This document shows positions 34,736-37,801 of a DNA stretch of 37,801 nucleotides, piece after piece. Position 1 is the stretch's first letter; each line of letters begins with the position of its first letter. Under the pieces are notes generated by a model. That model did no database searches, was not told where the DNA came from, and saw nothing but the letters and a program-made list of their open reading frames with translations. This stretch comes from a virus (lineage: Duplodnaviria; Caudoviricetes), in IMG/VR virus record IMGVR_UViG_3300032303_002088, positions 1 through 37,801 of that record; one strand, written 5' to 3'. A program made the position numbers and the translations under genes.

Positions 34736-35152
34736 GGGCCCGTACTGGTTTCGATTTTAAGAATTGAAATTAGAATGCAAGTAGAGTTGAAGTGGACTCT
34801 ATAAACAACTTCAAACACTTAACTGCCAAATCAGCTAAGTTAAAAGGTAGTTTCTCATTGAGAGTTTCTCACAATAAGAAGCACCTAATCGCAGCCTAAA
34901 AATCTGCGACCTGTTATCTATGACACATCTACTAGAATAATGGGTATTTAGATGTATATCTTTAAATCCTTTTTATTTAATTTTTAAAGATATTATTTAG
35001 GGTGAATATAGCTAAGGTTGTATTCATTTTTAAATAAATAGCTATAGCTCAATTGCTTATTCGACACTACAGCGAAATAACGGAATAAGATAAACTTGTA
35101 GTATTTTAATTTGACTTTTTAAAAGACAAGAGTTCAATTCTCTTCGGGTCCA
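34736..35152 (+). ncRNA. ssrA: tmRNA
   Basis: Acceptor GGGCCCG/CGGGTCC-A with G3-U70, GGTTTCGA D-loop, GAC-AAGAG-TTCAATT-CTCTT T arm, tag ORF 34825-34899 ending LIAA-stop. Confidence 0.95.
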
Positions 35153-35195
35153 AGTATTTAACATATCAGCATTAATTTTGTGTAATTATAATATC

Positions 35196-35498
35196 ATGGC
35201 TAAATATTTTAGAGAGGTGGGATTTGAAAACGTTGCATTAACAGCAAGCTCTTCTATAAATGGATCATTAATTATAGCTGCACCTGGAGCAGGATTAAGT
35301 ATATATTTACTTGGAGCTTCTACTTTTGATGATATCAGACTGCATGAAACAAATGGCTCTGGAGCAAATATAGTAAATATAGGTGGAGGAATGTCTAATT
35401 TTCCATCTACAATAAAAGTAAGAGAAAATATAGGAGTTTGGCTTGTGACAACTGCAACCGCTGGAGTAACTCTTTTTTACTACATAGACAACTCTTAA
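35196..35498 (+). CDS. Small beta-rich protein, paralog 1
   Basis: MAKYFREVGFE...IYLLGA...LFYY; ATG 35196 chosen by alignment with paralog 2. Confidence 0.8.
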   Translation: MAKYFREVGFENVALTASSSINGSLIIAAPGAGLSIYLLGASTFDDIRLHETNGSGANIVNIGGGMSNFPSTIKVRENIGVWLVTTATAGVTLFYYIDNS

Positions 35499-35516
35499 AG
35501 GTGTAATAACAATATC

Positions 35517-35804
35517 ATGGCAAAATATTATAGAGAAGCAGGTTTTGAAGGAGTAGCTCAAGTTGCCAATACTCTATTATCTGGAGTAGTATTATCAGGT
35601 CAAGGGCCAAATACAACAATTTATTTACTAGGAGCAAATGCTCATTCTAATACAGTTTTAAAACAAAATAATAACAATGGATCAATCATAGCTTATATCG
35701 CAGCTGGTAATTCTGATTTTCCAGCAACAATTGCAGTAACTGGAAATAATCATATTTTCTCATCAGGTAATGATGCATGTTCTTTATTCTATTACGTTGA
35801 GTAA
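35517..35804 (+). CDS. Small beta-rich protein, paralog 2
   Basis: MAKYYREAGFE...IYLLGA...LFYY. Confidence 0.8.
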   Translation: MAKYYREAGFEGVAQVANTLLSGVVLSGQGPNTTIYLLGANAHSNTVLKQNNNNGSIIAYIAAGNSDFPATIAVTGNNHIFSSGNDACSLFYYVE

Positions 35805-35807
35805 TTT

Positions 35808-36926
35808 ATGAAAAAACTAGAAATTGATTTTAGTTCTAGCATAGCTAAAAAAGGCAAAGCTCCACTTAATAAACCATTTAGACTTCCTTCTGGTAGTAAA
35901 AAGAAATTTGGAGTTTACGTTAAGAATGATAAAGGTAATATTGTTAAAGTTACTTTCGGTGACCCAAACATGTCAATTAAAAGAGACAATCCAGAAAGAA
36001 GAAAAGCATATAGATCAAGACACGGTTGCGATAATCCTGGTCCAAAATGGAAAGCCAATTATTGGAGTTGCAAAATGTGGAGTGCAAAACCAGTTAGTAA
36101 AATTACTGCAAATGAAGATGAGGTTACTTTTGAGATTGATATTCAAGCTAAGAATAAAGGTCTTTGGTATAATATTCAACAAAAGAAAAAAAGAATGGGT
36201 AAAAATTATCGTCCAGCAAAACCTGGTTCAAAAGATCGTCCAACTGAAGAAGCTCTTAAAAAAGCTCAAGCAGATGACTATACAAATCAAGATTATAATT
36301 GGGATGGAGAAACAGAATTTGACCAAAATCAATTTACTCAAGAAGATCCAACTTTAAATCAAGTAGAAACAATGGATGACCATGATATGGAAGCTCTTGA
36401 AATGAGTGAAAGTCAATTATCAGCAATCGCAGATAAAGCAGAACAACTTCTTGAAGGAATGTCTGATCCAGAAGTTGCAGATGATATACTTGAACCTTGG
36501 ATTCAAAATAAATTAGCAATTATTGATGATTATATGGCTACAATTTATGATTACATTATGTATCCATCAAAAGAAGAAGAAATGCAAGATCAACAAAATC
36601 CAAATTTAAATCAAAATCAAGCATCCTCTATGTTTAAGGTTGGAGATAAAGTTAAAAATATTAATGCTATGTGCAAGCATTATGGCAGTGAAGGTATAGT
36701 TAAAGAAATTCGTGATCTTCCTCAAGATATGGGTTATGCAGTTATATACGAATGCTCAAATAATGGCCCAACTTGGAAAGCTGGTGATACGCTAGGAAAA
36801 ACAGAAATACAACTTCAAAAAATTAGCGAAGCAAAATGGAGCAAAGAATACAAAGATAGTATCAACTGCAATAATCCAAAAGGCTTTTCTCAAAAAGCTC
36901 ATTGTCAAAGTTTAAAAAAGAAATAA
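35808..36926 (+). CDS. Modular basic/acidic phage protein, possibly head-internal
   Basis: Concatenated short modules: KVTFGD...RHGC...YWSC; GLWYNI...KPG; EPWIQNK; FKVGDKV; INCNNPKGFSQKAHC. Confidence 0.75.
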   Translation: MKKLEIDFSSSIAKKGKAPLNKPFRLPSGSKKKFGVYVKNDKGNIVKVTFGDPNMSIKRDNPERRKAYRSRHGCDNPGPKWKANYWSCKMWSAKPVSKITANEDEVTFEIDIQAKNKGLWYNIQQKKKRMGKNYRPAKPGSKDRPTEEALKKAQADDYTNQDYNWDGETEFDQNQFTQEDPTLNQVETMDDHDMEALEMSESQLSAIADKAEQLLEGMSDPEVADDILEPWIQNKLAIIDDYMATIYDYIMYPSKEEEMQDQQNPNLNQNQASSMFKVGDKVKNINAMCKHYGSEGIVKEIRDLPQDMGYAVIYECSNNGPTWKAGDTLGKTEIQLQKISEAKWSKEYKDSINCNNPKGFSQKAHCQSLKKK

Positions 36927-36930
36927 TCTT

Positions 36931-37305
36931 ATGGCAAATGAAGGGCTTATCTTTCCAAAGTTAAATGAAAGACAAAAAGATCTTTATCTTAAAATAATTA
37001 CTAATCTTCAAACATTTGGATACTTTGATAGAGGAGTTGGAGGTAATGGAATTCATTATGCTAGTGCTTCAGAAAATCCATATAAAAATCAAGGTATAGA
37101 TTGTGAAAATTGCGTATTTTATTATCTCGAAGGCGATGCTCCAAGATGTGAATTGATTCAAGGTGCAATTGAACCAGAAGCAATTTGTAAATTTTGGATA
37201 ATCAGCGAGAAAGATATTAAAAAAGAATCTCAAGCAGCTTTTAAAGTTTTGAATAAAAAAGATAAAATTTTTGAATTGAATTTTAATGGCAAGAAAAATA
37301 AATAA
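36931..37305 (+). CDS. Protein with HiPIP-like four-Cys motif
   Basis: CENCVFY...RCELIQGAIEPEAICKFW. Confidence 0.7.
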   Translation: MANEGLIFPKLNERQKDLYLKIITNLQTFGYFDRGVGGNGIHYASASENPYKNQGIDCENCVFYYLEGDAPRCELIQGAIEPEAICKFWIISEKDIKKESQAAFKVLNKKDKIFELNFNGKKNK

Positions 37306-37801
37306 ACTTTGGAATTGGAAATCGAAAACATTATCTGTTGGGTTGGCATTAATCGTATCTTGGATCTCCTGCTTAAAAATTGGTTTTGAATTAAAAAAAT
37401 ATAACTCAATAACAAATCTTCCTAATTCTTGTTTTGTTGATGCAATGATTTATGCTTCAAGATGTAATCTTCTTTTAGTAACTACCTCAGACTCTTGGAA
37501 TAGTGTTTATGGTTTTACCTTTGGCTATAAAGACGATAAAGAATCTATTCTTGGTCATGCAGTTTGCGTTTTTGAGTATAATAATAACTTATGGATGTAT
37601 GACCCTAATTGGGGTACATCTCCAATATGTCAAATTGGAGATAGAAAAAAATACAAAGAAAAAATAAAATTGTATATAAACAAAAATTACCCTATAATAG
37701 TAATAGAGGATTTTATGTTAAATGATTGGACATATGTTCAAAAAACAAAGAAAAATAAAATGAACAAAACTTATCAAGAGGTGTCTATACATTTAGATGA
37801 A
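37286..37801 (+). CDS. Membrane-anchored Cys-His-Asp (transglutaminase/papain-like) protein, truncated by window end
   Basis: Not in ORF track; manual translation shows a TM helix, PNSCF, GHAVCVF, WMYDP. Confidence 0.7.
   Translation, partial: MARKINKLWNWKSKTLSVGLALIVSWISCLKIGFELKKYNSITNLPNSCFVDAMIYASRCNLLLVTTSDSWNSVYGFTFGYKDDKESILGHAVCVFEYNNNLWMYDPNWGTSPICQIGDRKKYKEKIKLYINKNYPIIVIEDFMLNDWTYVQKTKKNKMNKTYQEVSIHLDE

Noticed and set aside
3578-37415. Shadow ORFs (e.g. 3578..3961, 4372..4593, 5324..5533, 5969..6205, 9774..9959, 13697..13930, 14135..14338, 15275..15607, 16633..16836, 18303..18512, 19048..19293, 19436..19648, 21744..21938, 23286..23468, 29416..29682, 32576..32819, 33216..33446, 35307..35561, 35908..36357, 36334..36519, 37230..37415)
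   Set aside because: They overlap well-supported genes on the opposite strand or in another frame and carry no recognisable motifs.
1-37801. Stop-codon reassignment
   Set aside because: Conserved genes are full length in the standard code; TAA, TAG (nrdA) and TGA all act as stops; no suppressor tRNA seen.
1-37801. Bacterial chromosome or eukaryotic giant virus origin
   Set aside because: Terminase-portal pair, sigma factors, tmRNA and bacterial promoters with phage-like gene packing indicate a tailed phage; no integrase or host boundary seen.

Overview
AT-rich, densely coding segment of a large tailed dsDNA bacteriophage (standard genetic code). Left arm (1-13.3 kb): accessory and metabolic genes including a UvsE UV-endonuclease, a rare tRNA-Ser with anticodon ACU, an acyl carrier protein plus AcpS phosphopantetheinyl transferase, short PurA, an IMPDH/GMP-reductase-family enzyme, a degenerate dUTPase, dCMP deaminase, dNMP kinase, a sigma factor, a GT4 glycosyltransferase and PhoH. 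Centre: second sigma-like factor, Zn-finger/ERCC4 nuclease, terminase large subunit, portal, then an inverted 2762-aa virion or tail-fibre-like protein. Right: class Ia ribonucleotide reductase, an unidentified promoter-driven structured RNA candidate, tmRNA and probable head-associated proteins. Best leads: (1) the unexplained structured RNA at ~34.1-34.4 kb; (2) a predicted G-to-A and C-to-T nucleotide conversion module; (3) the ACP+AcpS pair; (4) tRNA-Ser(ACU); (5) a TATTTG-N15-CAAATA site array; (6) two promoter classes (sigma70-like and GTGTAA), mostly leaderless. All family calls come from motif recognition by eye; no database searches or folding calculations were run.
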